This document shows, in pieces, positions 27,052 to 36,198 of a stretch of DNA of 36,198 nt. Under the pieces are notes generated by a model, which was not told the DNA's origin, searched no databases, and was given only the letters and a program-made list of their open reading frames with translations. A program made the translations under genes and the position numbers. Every line of letters begins with the position of its first letter. Position 1 is the first letter of the stretch. This DNA is from a virus (taxonomy: Duplodnaviria > Caudoviricetes), in IMG/VR virus record IMGVR_UViG_3300045557_000073, positions 1 through 36,198 of that record. The stretch is one strand, 5' to 3'.

Positions 27052-30000
27052 ATGAAATATACTGCAGATGATGTAGAAAAACTGTATCAGAATTTTAAAA
27101 AAGAAATCGCCCCAAAAACAACTGAGTCGGTAGTGAGGAAAAACACTTCTTCACTACCAACAAAGAAATCCGGAACATTCACGGCTGATGATGTTGAAAA
27201 GATATATCAGAATAATTTAAAAGCAAGTTTGCCAACAATTAATTCAGTAAACAAAGAAAGCAATAAGGCAGTTGATTTTGTGAAAACTGCAGGATATAGA
27301 TCTGCTGCAGAAGCATCCAACACTGCAGATGCATTGACTTATTTAAAGAAATATAAGATGGCTGAAAATGCAGATAATCTGGAAAAAAGAATACAAAACG
27401 CAGAAAAGAAAAACATTACTCTTCCTACAAGACAACAAATGTTATTGAAAGCATCTCAATCAATCGACAAAAACAGTCTGATAAATCAAACAGATACAAC
27501 AAAGAATCTGCAAAAGAAGGCTCAAGAAAGTGAAATCAGACTGAAAGCAGGCAATGGATCAGTAGCAAATACTTTTATTGACATAGGCCTTGCCGGAACT
27601 GATATGCTAGGAAAGGCAGGAATATCTGCTTTAACAGGAGCTCCATTACCGGCAATAATTGGAGTGACAAGCGGTGCAGAGAAATTCCAGGAAGGCATTA
27701 ACGAAGGCAAAGATGTTGATACTGCATTGAAACTAGGAGTTGGAAGCGGTGTTATAAGTGGCGGAATTGAATCATTAACAGGTATTGGAGCATCAAAGGC
27801 AAGCAAACTACTTGGAAGTAAGGCAGGAAAGACACTAATGAGCAAACTTCCTTCAAATGTAAGCAGTTATATTGCAAAAGCAGGAGAAAGTACTGTAGGA
27901 AAGGTTTTAAAAGATGCTGCAGGTGAAGGATTAGAAGAAGCTATTGAATATGATGCTCAGAGAGTTTACAGAAATCTGTTGCTTGATGAAAATACTCCAC
28001 GAGACATAAAAGAACAGGCATATAATGCATTAATTGGTGCAAGTGTCGGAGGTTTGTTTGGTGGAGCACAGTCAATAAAAAACGTTATTCCTAATTATAA
28101 TAACAAACAATCAAGCAAAGACACAATAGCACAAGAAAAGAGCGTTAAAACTCAAAATATTGACAATGTAGTGAATGGTTTACCAGTAGAAAAAGAAGTG
28201 GCAGCTAATGCAATACAAACTGAACCAGTTAAAGAAATCAAAACAAGCAGTAAAGCACAGAAGTATCAGAAAAGGCAGGAAAATTATTTTATTGATAGCG
28301 TTGCTGAGAGTCTTGGCATTTCAAAGTTCGCTGATAAATCTTCGCTTAAGGAATCGGTTAATGAGCTTACAGAGGAACTTAAGAATAATACAACCGGTGA
28401 TTTGACTGAAAAGGTTGATACATTGTTTGAAAAAATTATGGATGAAGGAATTCAAGTTGATTATGATTTTTATAATCAATATAGAGACCTTAAGAGCCAG
28501 ATAAAAAACAGCAAGATATTTGTAAGCGACCAGATAAAAAATGACTTTGATAAAGGTGAGTTTAATAATTTTAGAAAAACCAACCTTGGAAATTTAACAT
28601 TAACTAAAGATAATAATGCTGTTTCTGTAGATAGTTACTATCAGGAACTATCAGAGACAAATCCGGAACTGTTTCCTGCAGACATTATAAATCCAGCAGA
28701 TCAGTTGAGACGTATAGCTGAAGTTCAAAACAGTATTGTCGCAACGGATAATAATCTCAATTTATATGCAGAAAATTTTTCTGAATTTAGACAATGGGCC
28801 AAAAATGATTTTGACAAAGCTATCGGCAAACTTGCTATGGAAGCAAGACAAGTTAAAAAGGTTCAGGACGAAAAGGTTACTAAGCAGGAAGCAAAAGAAA
28901 CAGACAAGGAAATGGTAAAAAACACTACTGCTGAGAACATGAGACAAATCCATGAACTTCAAAAGCAGTATCAAAGGATTTATGATAAGGCAATGAGGAC
29001 TGAAATACTCACAGACAGGGATAAAGTATATGTGGACCGATTAGTAAAAGGTGAAATCAAGGTAGAAGATTTGCCTGCAGGCGTCAATAAGGGTGGAATT
29101 ATTAATGTGTTTAAGGCAAAACAACCATTGGAAGGCATAAAGAAATCAGTAAAAGAATACAACAAAGCGCATAAGGAATTTCTGCGTGATGAAGCTGATA
29201 TGCTGACAAAGAATTCTGCTACCTGGAAGGAAAAGAAAAGCGGATTTCAATATCAAAGGGAAACAATGGAAAGAAACATCAGAGACATTGTTCCAGATAA
29301 GAAGGAAGCTGCAGACATAGTTAATACATATTTCACTCCTGTTCATGAGAATGAAGCAAGTTCAACAAGGATGAAAAACGAGTATAGAGACAGAGTAAGG
29401 AAGCTTAATTTAAATGACGAGGCAAAATATGAAGTTGCTTTTGAAACTAAAAAGGGTGGCGGACTGCCTAACGTAACAAAGGTATCTGAAAAAGCATTGG
29501 TTCAGTTACTCGGTGAAAACATTATAACCAAGGAAATGGTTAAAAAGAGCGGTGCTGATGTTGTCAAAATTGAAAAGGCTGTCAATGAATTCAGGCAGAT
29601 ATATGATAGTTTACTCAAGCAAAGCAATGATGTTTTAATTGAGAATGGATATGCTCCTATTGATTACAGAAAGGATTATTTTCCACACTTTCAGGAAGAT
29701 GCTGCAGACAACATGCTTGGTAAACTTGGAAGACTTGTAGGACTTGACGTAAACACAAAGGAACTTCCAACTGATATTGCAGGTTTAACTCATACATTCA
29801 AGCCTGGGAAAAAGTGGGTGGGAAACTTCTTACAAAGAACCACAGATGAAACTGAATATGATGCGGTTGAAGGATTTGACAGATATATTGAAGGTGTAAG
29901 TGATGTTATTCATCACACAAATGACATTCAGAGGCTGAGGGCTTTGGAAGATTCAATAAGGTATACTCATTCAAGTGAAGGAATAAAAGAAGAAATTGAT

Positions 30001-31659
30001 AAGGTTAGAGAAAATGACAACATGGATGAGATAGACAAAAGGAATAGAATTGAAGAGTTGTTTCAAATTGACAAGAACAAATTTCCATACTTAGTAACTG
30101 AGTTAAGAAGATATACTGACAATCTTGCTGGTAAAAAAGATTCAAGTGATAGAGATATGGAAAATACAATCGGAAGAGGAATGTATGAAATATCAAAGGC
30201 AATGGAAAACAAGGTTGCTGCTAATATGGTTGCACTCAACCCGGGAAGCTGGATAACAAATTTTATTCCATTAGCTCAAGGATTAGGTGGTGTAAAATCA
30301 ATAAATATGTTTAATGGTATGAAAGATACTATTAAAACATATGGAAAAGCTGACAGTTTTATTGATAAGAGTGCGTTCTTGACAAATAGAAGAGGCAGTG
30401 AACCACTTGTAATGACAAAGACTCAGCAATTAAGCAAGAAGCTTTCTAGTCCTATGCAGATTATTGATAATTTTACAGCTGAGAGCTTAGTAAGAGCAAA
30501 ATATTATGACAATATGAATAAAGGTATGACAGACATTCAAGCAATAAAAAATGCTGATAAATGGGCTGCTGGTGTTATGGCTGATAGGTCAAAAGGTGCA
30601 TTGCCAACTGTTTTTAATAAAAAGAATCCTGGAGCGAAGTTGTTTACAATGTTTCAAACTGAAGTAAATAATCAGTTGTCATATTTATTTAAGGATGTGC
30701 CGGATGAATTAAAAGAAGAAGGGGTTAAAGCCATTGCGCTTGCATTTACAAAGATATTTGTTGCATCTTGGTTGTACAATGAGTTATATGAAAAAATGAC
30801 AGGAAGAAGAGCAGCATTAGATCCTATAGATATAGTAACAACTGCCGTAGGTGATTTTACTGATGATGATAAATCGAAGTTTGACGCAGTAAAAAATACA
30901 GCCAAAGATATAGTCGAAGATGTGCCTTTTGTTGGAGGTTTAATAGGTGGTGGCAGATTGCCAATTTCATCAGCATTACCAAGTCTTACAAATACAGTAA
31001 AAGCTGGTATTGGACTTGCTTCCGGAGAAATGCCTGCAAATAAAGCACTGCAAACACTAGGTAAGGAAGCTGCAAAACCGATTAGTTATCTTGCATTTCC
31101 TTTTGGTGGCGGTCAGGTTAAAAAGGCGGTTGAAGGCATAGGAACAGTTGCAAAAGGTGGAAGTTACGGAATAGACAGTCAAGGTAGAGAAACACTGCAG
31201 TTTCCTGCTGAAAAAACGTCCGGTAATTATATAAAGTCTTCAGTATTTGGCAAGTATTCACTACCAAGTGCGCAGGACTATATTGACAGTGGTTTTAAAT
31301 CTCTTTCAGGACCATATACAGAGAAATATAAAGATGCACTTGACAATGGTTTTACTTCGGATGAGTTTCTCCAAACGTATGAGGCACAGAAAAAGGCACA
31401 GAGCGAGAAAGACAGCAAAGGCGAAACAATATACCTTAGTCTTGCAAATAACAAGAAAAAGGCTATTGACGAGGCTAACAAGGGAATGAGTAAAGAGAAG
31501 CTCGAACAGTTGTATGTATATTTTGATGTTTCAGAAAAAATATGGAAACAAGAAGAGAAAAAGACGGAGCAAAAAACAGATAAAAAGAGCACTCTTCCAA
31601 CAATCAAAAGTGGTATTAAGTTTAATACTACTTTACCAACAATAAAAGATAAGAGGTGA
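27052..31659 (+). CDS. Large internal virion / ejection protein (1535 aa)
   Basis: Gly/Ala-rich hydrophobic segments, EGLEE motif, DYFPH, position before tail fibre. Confidence 0.6.
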   Translation: MKYTADDVEKLYQNFKKEIAPKTTESVVRKNTSSLPTKKSGTFTADDVEKIYQNNLKASLPTINSVNKESNKAVDFVKTAGYRSAAEASNTADALTYLKKYKMAENADNLEKRIQNAEKKNITLPTRQQMLLKASQSIDKNSLINQTDTTKNLQKKAQESEIRLKAGNGSVANTFIDIGLAGTDMLGKAGISALTGAPLPAIIGVTSGAEKFQEGINEGKDVDTALKLGVGSGVISGGIESLTGIGASKASKLLGSKAGKTLMSKLPSNVSSYIAKAGESTVGKVLKDAAGEGLEEAIEYDAQRVYRNLLLDENTPRDIKEQAYNALIGASVGGLFGGAQSIKNVIPNYNNKQSSKDTIAQEKSVKTQNIDNVVNGLPVEKEVAANAIQTEPVKEIKTSSKAQKYQKRQENYFIDSVAESLGISKFADKSSLKESVNELTEELKNNTTGDLTEKVDTLFEKIMDEGIQVDYDFYNQYRDLKSQIKNSKIFVSDQIKNDFDKGEFNNFRKTNLGNLTLTKDNNAVSVDSYYQELSETNPELFPADIINPADQLRRIAEVQNSIVATDNNLNLYAENFSEFRQWAKNDFDKAIGKLAMEARQVKKVQDEKVTKQEAKETDKEMVKNTTAENMRQIHELQKQYQRIYDKAMRTEILTDRDKVYVDRLVKGEIKVEDLPAGVNKGGIINVFKAKQPLEGIKKSVKEYNKAHKEFLRDEADMLTKNSATWKEKKSGFQYQRETMERNIRDIVPDKKEAADIVNTYFTPVHENEASSTRMKNEYRDRVRKLNLNDEAKYEVAFETKKGGGLPNVTKVSEKALVQLLGENIITKEMVKKSGADVVKIEKAVNEFRQIYDSLLKQSNDVLIENGYAPIDYRKDYFPHFQEDAADNMLGKLGRLVGLDVNTKELPTDIAGLTHTFKPGKKWVGNFLQRTTDETEYDAVEGFDRYIEGVSDVIHHTNDIQRLRALEDSIRYTHSSEGIKEEIDKVRENDNMDEIDKRNRIEELFQIDKNKFPYLVTELRRYTDNLAGKKDSSDRDMENTIGRGMYEISKAMENKVAANMVALNPGSWITNFIPLAQGLGGVKSINMFNGMKDTIKTYGKADSFIDKSAFLTNRRGSEPLVMTKTQQLSKKLSSPMQIIDNFTAESLVRAKYYDNMNKGMTDIQAIKNADKWAAGVMADRSKGALPTVFNKKNPGAKLFTMFQTEVNNQLSYLFKDVPDELKEEGVKAIALAFTKIFVASWLYNELYEKMTGRRAALDPIDIVTTAVGDFTDDDKSKFDAVKNTAKDIVEDVPFVGGLIGGGRLPISSALPSLTNTVKAGIGLASGEMPANKALQTLGKEAAKPISYLAFPFGGGQVKKAVEGIGTVAKGGSYGIDSQGRETLQFPAEKTSGNYIKSSVFGKYSLPSAQDYIDSGFKSLSGPYTEKYKDALDNGFTSDEFLQTYEAQKKAQSEKDSKGETIYLSLANNKKKAIDEANKGMSKEKLEQLYVYFDVSEKIWKQEEKKTEQKTDKKSTLPTIKSGIKFNTTLPTIKDKR

Positions 31660-31663
31660 TAGT

Positions 31664-32740
31664 ATGGCTTTAAGTAGCAGAAAAATAACAACATATGCAA
31701 ATCCGGTAGCCAATTTGCCTGACCATCCAAGCCAAGCAGGTTTTACTGCAGCACAATTAAAAGCTGTATTTGATGCAAAAGCAAATGAAGAAATTAAGGC
31801 AGCAATTAATGGAATTATTGATGATTTGATTTCTGTAATAGATTCGGTAAGTGGCGCTGACAACATTGGCGCCACTGCTATTACAGACCTGGACGGTGCA
31901 ACAGTACAAGCCTTACTTGAAAGCATAAGAAATAAATTAAAAAGTGTCGTTGATAATTCAAGTGGTGCTGATTTTATAGGTGCGACAGCAATAAATGGTT
32001 TGACAGGCGCAACTGTTCAGGTATTGCTCGAAGCTTTAAAATCATACATAGACACACACAAGATATCATCAGATCATGATGGAAGATACTACACTGAAAC
32101 GGAACTTAATGCTATTGATGGTATAAAAGGTTCTGCGGTAATCGGTACTCCTGCTATATCAGGATTATCCGGAACTACAGTCAAAGAACAATTAGCAAGT
32201 TTAAAATCATTGATAACAAGTGTTATACTTGGTCAAATACCTGATGATTCACTTACAAATGCAAAGTTAGGAAGCGATGTTAAAGTTGGTTCTCTGGCTG
32301 AATTAATAACAACAGTTAAGACAAATTTAGTTGCTGCAATCAATGAAGTTAAGGAACAAAATAACTCTTTGGCTGCCCAAATGACTAATTTTAAGATTGG
32401 GAACTTTACAAGAGATATATCTCTAGCAGATAGTGCGCAAGTCATATCAGGTCTAGGATTTAAACCACGAATGGTATTGTTCTTCGCAACAAACGGAAGC
32501 GTAACAGGTATGGCTTCATGGGGGTTCAGTAATGGTGTTGCAAATTTATGTTCTCAAGCAATGGGCAGTGCATTAGCAGGAGGGTTTGATGTTACAGGGT
32601 TTTGTTTAAGGTTGCAAAAGGATTTATCTAATAGAGTACAAGCAACTTGCGCCTTAAATGATGATGGATTTACTCTTAATTGGACTAAGACAGGTTTTCC
32701 AACAGGAACATCAAATACTATTTACTTAGCCTTTAAATAA
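31664..32740 (+). CDS. Tail fibre / receptor-binding protein
   Basis: N-terminal LPDHPS..LKAVFD anchor, three internal repeats, HDGRYYTE, KTNLVAAINE, C-terminal LGFKPRMV tip domain. Confidence 0.75.
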   Translation: MALSSRKITTYANPVANLPDHPSQAGFTAAQLKAVFDAKANEEIKAAINGIIDDLISVIDSVSGADNIGATAITDLDGATVQALLESIRNKLKSVVDNSSGADFIGATAINGLTGATVQVLLEALKSYIDTHKISSDHDGRYYTETELNAIDGIKGSAVIGTPAISGLSGTTVKEQLASLKSLITSVILGQIPDDSLTNAKLGSDVKVGSLAELITTVKTNLVAAINEVKEQNNSLAAQMTNFKIGNFTRDISLADSAQVISGLGFKPRMVLFFATNGSVTGMASWGFSNGVANLCSQAMGSALAGGFDVTGFCLRLQKDLSNRVQATCALNDDGFTLNWTKTGFPTGTSNTIYLAFK

Positions 32741-32750
32741 GGAGGATTAT

Positions 32751-33008
32751 ATGAAATATTGCGTAGTTAAAGATACAATAAAAATAATTGATGGTTCTGA
32801 AAATCTTCAAGAGGTAATGCTACAAAATGCTTTAAATGCAGGATTTACAGAGCTTGAAGTTGAGGTGTTGACAGAAGAAGAATTTGAAGCAAGAAAGGCT
32901 TTAGAGCCGATACCACCACAAGAACCAACGGAAATAGAAATGCTACAGCAAGAATTAGCAGGCACAAACGCTATGCTACTTGAATTTATGGAATCTATGT
33001 TAATGTAG
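32751..33008 (+). CDS. Tail-fibre assembly chaperone-like protein (XkdW-like position)
   Basis: Acidic, PPQEPTEIEMLQQELA motif; AAGGAGG RBS. Confidence 0.55.
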   Translation: MKYCVVKDTIKIIDGSENLQEVMLQNALNAGFTELEVEVLTEEEFEARKALEPIPPQEPTEIEMLQQELAGTNAMLLEFMESMLM

Positions 33009-33022
33009 AAGGGAGAAACAAA

Positions 33023-33229
33023 ATGGCAATAAACAATTTATTAGTAAAGGCTTATGCAGTGAATATTTACAAATACGGAAATAGGAAATTTACAACAATA
33101 CCCGTGGAGTATGTTGAGCCTGTTAAGCAGTACGCAGCTACAAATTTCACACTGCAAGAAATTGACAATGCTTTAGAAAAAGGCTACATAACAGAACAAG
33201 AATACACTGAAACATTGGCTTTGATTTAG
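33023..33229 (+). CDS. XkdX-like small protein
   Basis: ALEKGYITEQEY C-terminal motif. Confidence 0.6.
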   Translation: MAINNLLVKAYAVNIYKYGNRKFTTIPVEYVEPVKQYAATNFTLQEIDNALEKGYITEQEYTETLALI

Positions 33230-33342
33230 GGAACAAAAATCATGTTGTTTTTATGTGCACAAAATGCAAATTTGTACATAAATTTTACACTTATGTAAAT
33301 TCATTGATATACTTATGGTAAAAAAGAAAGGTGGTTTATTAA

Positions 33343-33495
33343 ATGAATGATAATAATGTGGAATTCTGTAAATGTGAAAATGTAGAAAGTGTATATTCTG
33401 AAACTGATGACTTTGGTCATTGGCTAAAGTGTAGCAAATGCGGTAAGGTTATTGAAGATAGTTATGAATACGATGATAACTATGACGATAATTAA
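33343..33495 (+). CDS. 50-aa acidic zinc-ribbon moron protein, not in ORF track
   Basis: GAAAGGTGG RBS, own promoter TTTACA(33284)-18-TATACT(33308); CKC...CSKCG. Confidence 0.65.
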   Translation: MNDNNVEFCKCENVESVYSETDDFGHWLKCSKCGKVIEDSYEYDDNYDDN

Positions 33496-33585
33496 TAGGG
33501 AACAAAAGAAAAATTTCGTAGCCTAAATAAGGATGAAACAGTTGACAAAAGTAATAAAAAAAGGCAAAACACTTTATGCAAAAGA

Positions 33586-33609
33586 GGATCTCTTCAGGAG
33601 GTCCTTTTT
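33586..33609 (+). terminator. Intrinsic terminator
   Basis: GGATCTC-TTCAG-GAGGTCC-TTTTT. Confidence 0.6.
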
Positions 33610-33652
33610 ATATACAAAATAATAGTCCAAGAGACTTAAAAAGGAGAGATAT

Positions 33653-33916
33653 ATGAATATATCAGCAATAAAACAAGCGTTTGAAACAAAGTATGATGAA
33701 CACATCAGGACAATCAGCAAAGAAAAAGACGTTGATATGGGTGTAGCAAGAGATATTTTAATTGCACATGCCAGAAACAGAAACAAAACAGTGGAAGAAT
33801 TATCAAATCCATCTTATTACTACAATTTTGAAGGTTGTGAAAACCTCAATTATGCAGTGTTAGATGAAGACATCAAAGTGCTAGAAGATAACTTTATTGT
33901 GCCAAAAGCAATGTAA
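33653..33916 (+). CDS. Hypothetical protein
   Basis: AAGGAG RBS, 87 aa, followed by AGGGGGA/TCCCCTT hairpin. Confidence 0.65.
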   Translation: MNISAIKQAFETKYDEHIRTISKEKDVDMGVARDILIAHARNRNKTVEELSNPSYYYNFEGCENLNYAVLDEDIKVLEDNFIVPKAM

Positions 33917-33963
33917 TCTGAGGGGGATATATTCCCCTTTTACTAAAATAATCGAGGTGATTT

Positions 33964-34296
33964 ATGGCGGAATGGATGGCTAAATATTGGTTACAGACAA
34001 TTTTCGGTGCCGTAGTAACAGGAATAACTATATTTGGCAAAAGAAAAATGAAAGAACTTGAATGTAAATTAAAAGAACAAGAAGCAATCAAGTTGGGCAT
34101 GCAGGCATTGTTAAGAGACAGAATTATTCAATCTTACAATCATTATCTTGAAAAGGGATTTTGTCCAATTTATGCTCGTGATAACATTCAAAATCTATAT
34201 GATCAGTACCATAACTTAGGTGGTAACGGAACAGTGACAAAACTAGTTGAAAAGTTGAGCGAATTGCCAACAGAACTACAAGAAAGGAAGGAATAA
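33964..34296 (+). CDS. Holin-like membrane protein
   Basis: N-terminal transmembrane segment, LLRDRIIQ...YHNLGGNG family motif; lysis module. Confidence 0.65.
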   Translation: MAEWMAKYWLQTIFGAVVTGITIFGKRKMKELECKLKEQEAIKLGMQALLRDRIIQSYNHYLEKGFCPIYARDNIQNLYDQYHNLGGNGTVTKLVEKLSELPTELQERKE

Positions 34297-34300
34297 AAAC

Positions 34301-34600
34301 ATGGATATTGAAATGTTAAAAGAATTTATTAAACCAGAGTTACTAATATTGATTCCAGTGCTTTATTTTATAGCGACAGCTATAAAAAACACGTTGTTAA
34401 TTAAAGATAAGTACATTCCTTTAGTTTTAGGATTATTGGGCATCGTACTTGCAGTAATTTACATATTTGCAACAGAAGAGATTGCAGGAACACAAGCAAT
34501 ATTTAAAGCAATTTTCACAGCAATAACTCAGGGAGTATTGTGTGCCGGTGCAAGTGTTTATGTTAATCAGTTGATAAAGCAAACAGCGAAAGAAGAGTGA
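34301..34600 (+). CDS. Phage holin
   Basis: Three hydrophobic segments, PELLILIPVLY, KYIP, QGVLCAGASVYVNQL. Confidence 0.82.
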   Translation: MDIEMLKEFIKPELLILIPVLYFIATAIKNTLLIKDKYIPLVLGLLGIVLAVIYIFATEEIAGTQAIFKAIFTAITQGVLCAGASVYVNQLIKQTAKEE

Positions 34601-34604
34601 TCCT

Positions 34605-35885
34605 ATGAATTACTTAGTAATACTTGATGCCGGCCATGGTCTTGATACACCAGGGAAGAGAACTCCACTCTTTCCTGATGATTCTTTTATGCGTGAAAAT
34701 GAATTTAATCGGTCGGTAGTCAGAAAAATAGATTCATTGCTTGAAAAGAATGATATTATTGATACATTCTTTTCAGTGACAGAAAAATACGATGTTAGCC
34801 TTGCTGAGAGAGTCCAGAGAGCTAATGACATATATGAGCAAAATAGAGAACTATATGAAAAAGTTGTTTTTATATCTGTACATGCTAATGCACTTACTGG
34901 GTCCTGGGGAACACAAAACGGAACATCATCATATCATTATCCAACTAATCCGGTAGATAAAAAATTTGCTGAGACTATTCATAAACATTTGATACAAGCT
35001 ACAAAATTGCGTGACAGGGGAGTTATAGGAGAAGAGTTTTATATAATTAAGAATGTAAAAATGACAGCATGTCTTTGTGAATGTGCGTTTATGGACAATT
35101 TAACAGAGGCTAAACTTCTAATGTCTGATGAGTTTAGACAATCATGTGCAGAGGGCATAGTAAACGGATTGCTTGAATACTTTGGAATCAATCAAGATAA
35201 GAAAGAAATTGATAATGTAGCTACTTATAAAATGTATAGTGAAAAAATACATGAAATAATAGGTAGTCCCCAAAATTTCGGAAGTAAGATAGTTAAAAAG
35301 TCAAACAGAAAAATTGAAGAACCGTTTTGCATTAATAGTAGTTTTCAATGGTGGGAAGATGCTGCAAAGCAAAAGCCGTATCCTACTTCAATTTTAATAC
35401 AGGATGGTGTGATTCTAAGAAATGAAGCTAACCATTTGGATGATTCCAATTCGCCACAATCTGTTTATATCGTTTATAAAAATGGTGATGTAGATATGAA
35501 ATTAGTTAAGTATGCAACTGAACTTGACTATAAAAATATAAAATGTGCTGTTGGAGGCGTGGGATTAGTAAATACGGAAGATCCTAATTTTAGATACAGT
35601 CCTGTCACAGAAGGCTTCTTCGGAAAATATGCCGATGTTTTAAGACGTTCTGACAAAACAGTGTATGGCTATAATTTTAAAACTAAACAAGTATATCTGT
35701 TAGTAGTTAAAGACTGTACTATGGCAGAATTATTTAAAATTATTACTAATGACAAGTCAGGCACTGCATATCATTATGCTGTAATGGGTGATGGTGGAGG
35801 CTCTGTATTTCTTAATAATGCAACCGAAATGGTTATATATGGTGATGGTAGAACTATATACGCAGTATTAGGCTTTGGATTATAA
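34605..35885 (+). CDS. Endolysin: N-acetylmuramoyl-L-alanine amidase (Amidase_3) plus NAGPA-like C-terminal domain
   Basis: LDAGHG, RENEFN, SVHAN, CECAFMDN; C-terminal INSSF, GGVGL, GDGGGS. Confidence 0.85.
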   Translation: MNYLVILDAGHGLDTPGKRTPLFPDDSFMRENEFNRSVVRKIDSLLEKNDIIDTFFSVTEKYDVSLAERVQRANDIYEQNRELYEKVVFISVHANALTGSWGTQNGTSSYHYPTNPVDKKFAETIHKHLIQATKLRDRGVIGEEFYIIKNVKMTACLCECAFMDNLTEAKLLMSDEFRQSCAEGIVNGLLEYFGINQDKKEIDNVATYKMYSEKIHEIIGSPQNFGSKIVKKSNRKIEEPFCINSSFQWWEDAAKQKPYPTSILIQDGVILRNEANHLDDSNSPQSVYIVYKNGDVDMKLVKYATELDYKNIKCAVGGVGLVNTEDPNFRYSPVTEGFFGKYADVLRRSDKTVYGYNFKTKQVYLLVVKDCTMAELFKIITNDKSGTAYHYAVMGDGGGSVFLNNATEMVIYGDGRTIYAVLGFGL

Positions 35886-35932
35886 CAGGAGGTGATCCTG
35901 CATCTGTTATGCTGATGACGGCATAAAAATTA

Positions 35933-35960
35933 ACCGGACATTCTGTGTCCGGTCTTTTTT
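35933..35960. terminator. Intrinsic (possibly bidirectional) terminator
   Basis: ACCGGACA-TTCTG-TGTCCGGT-CTTTTTT between convergent genes. Confidence 0.75.
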
Positions 35961-36198
35961 ATTTTTTGAACATGTACCAGGTATTACTTTTAAGTTCATA
36001 CTTTAATTCGTAAATGGAACTGCCTTTATGCTGACATACAAACATAATATTGTTATTTCCAAAATTTTTGTCTTCGTATACTTTCAAAATCTTTTCTACC
36101 ATTACCGGCTCATCTTCATACCAGAATTTGACCGGCTCAATTTTTCCGTCAGAGTGGAAGATGGCCATAACTTTAATAGGTTCATTTATAATTTTCAA
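35959..36198 (-). CDS. Small hypothetical protein
   Basis: 79 aa, GKIEPVKF...YELKYE...W; TTG start at the window edge. Confidence 0.6.
   Translation of the reverse strand: MKIINEPIKVMAIFHSDGKIEPVKFWYEDEPVMVEKILKVYEDKNFGNNNIMFVCQHKGSSIYELKYELKSNTWYMFKK

Larger units (their letters stand above)
1400..36198. mobile_element. Temperate prophage with podovirus-type virion module (right end probably outside window)
   Basis: Canonical order integrase, immunity, replication, packaging, head, tail, lysis; no obvious frameshifts in core genes. Confidence 0.93.

Noticed and set aside
27052-31659. Tape measure protein or virion RNA polymerase
   Set aside because: No tail tube or chaperone genes, podovirus-type context, and no polymerase catalytic motif recognised
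31664-33650. Diversity-generating retroelement or invertible tail-fibre shufflon
   Set aside because: No reverse transcriptase, no template/variable repeat pair, and no inverted alternative tip genes seen
1-36198. CRISPR array or rRNA
   Set aside because: No regularly spaced repeats; the 16S-complementary 12-mer at 35887 is isolated

Overview
One host gene (a ClC/EriC-family anion transporter, 1..1257, minus strand) followed by an apparently near-complete temperate prophage of a low-GC Firmicute (Clostridia-like), from about 1.4 kb to the window end. attR is not visible and probably lies further right. Gene order: tyrosine integrase, ImmA-type protease, XRE repressor / Cro switch with three operators, excisionase, BRO antirepressor, C5 DNA methyltransferase plus PAPS-reductase-family protein, replication initiator plus DnaC, small Cys-rich and ASCH early genes, late activator, a second small tyrosine recombinase with adjacent res-like sites, TerS/TerL, a podovirus-type (P22-like) head and tail module with large putative ejection proteins and no tape measure, tail fibre, holins and an amidase endolysin. 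Highlights: (i) a clear Tad1 anti-Thoeris sponge gene between portal and scaffold, next to two uncharacterised small genes; (ii) accessory cassettes bounded by a stop-codon-anchored TA(G/A)GG(A)ACAA direct repeat, suggesting a cassette-exchange mechanism; (iii) several candidate structured RNAs (antisense sRNA, T-loop hairpin, anti-SD-loop hairpin, a 12-nt 16S-complementary element, paired GGTCGCTG-loop hairpins); (iv) an endolysin fusing Amidase_3 to a NAGPA-like domain. All family calls come from motif recognition by eye; no searches were run.
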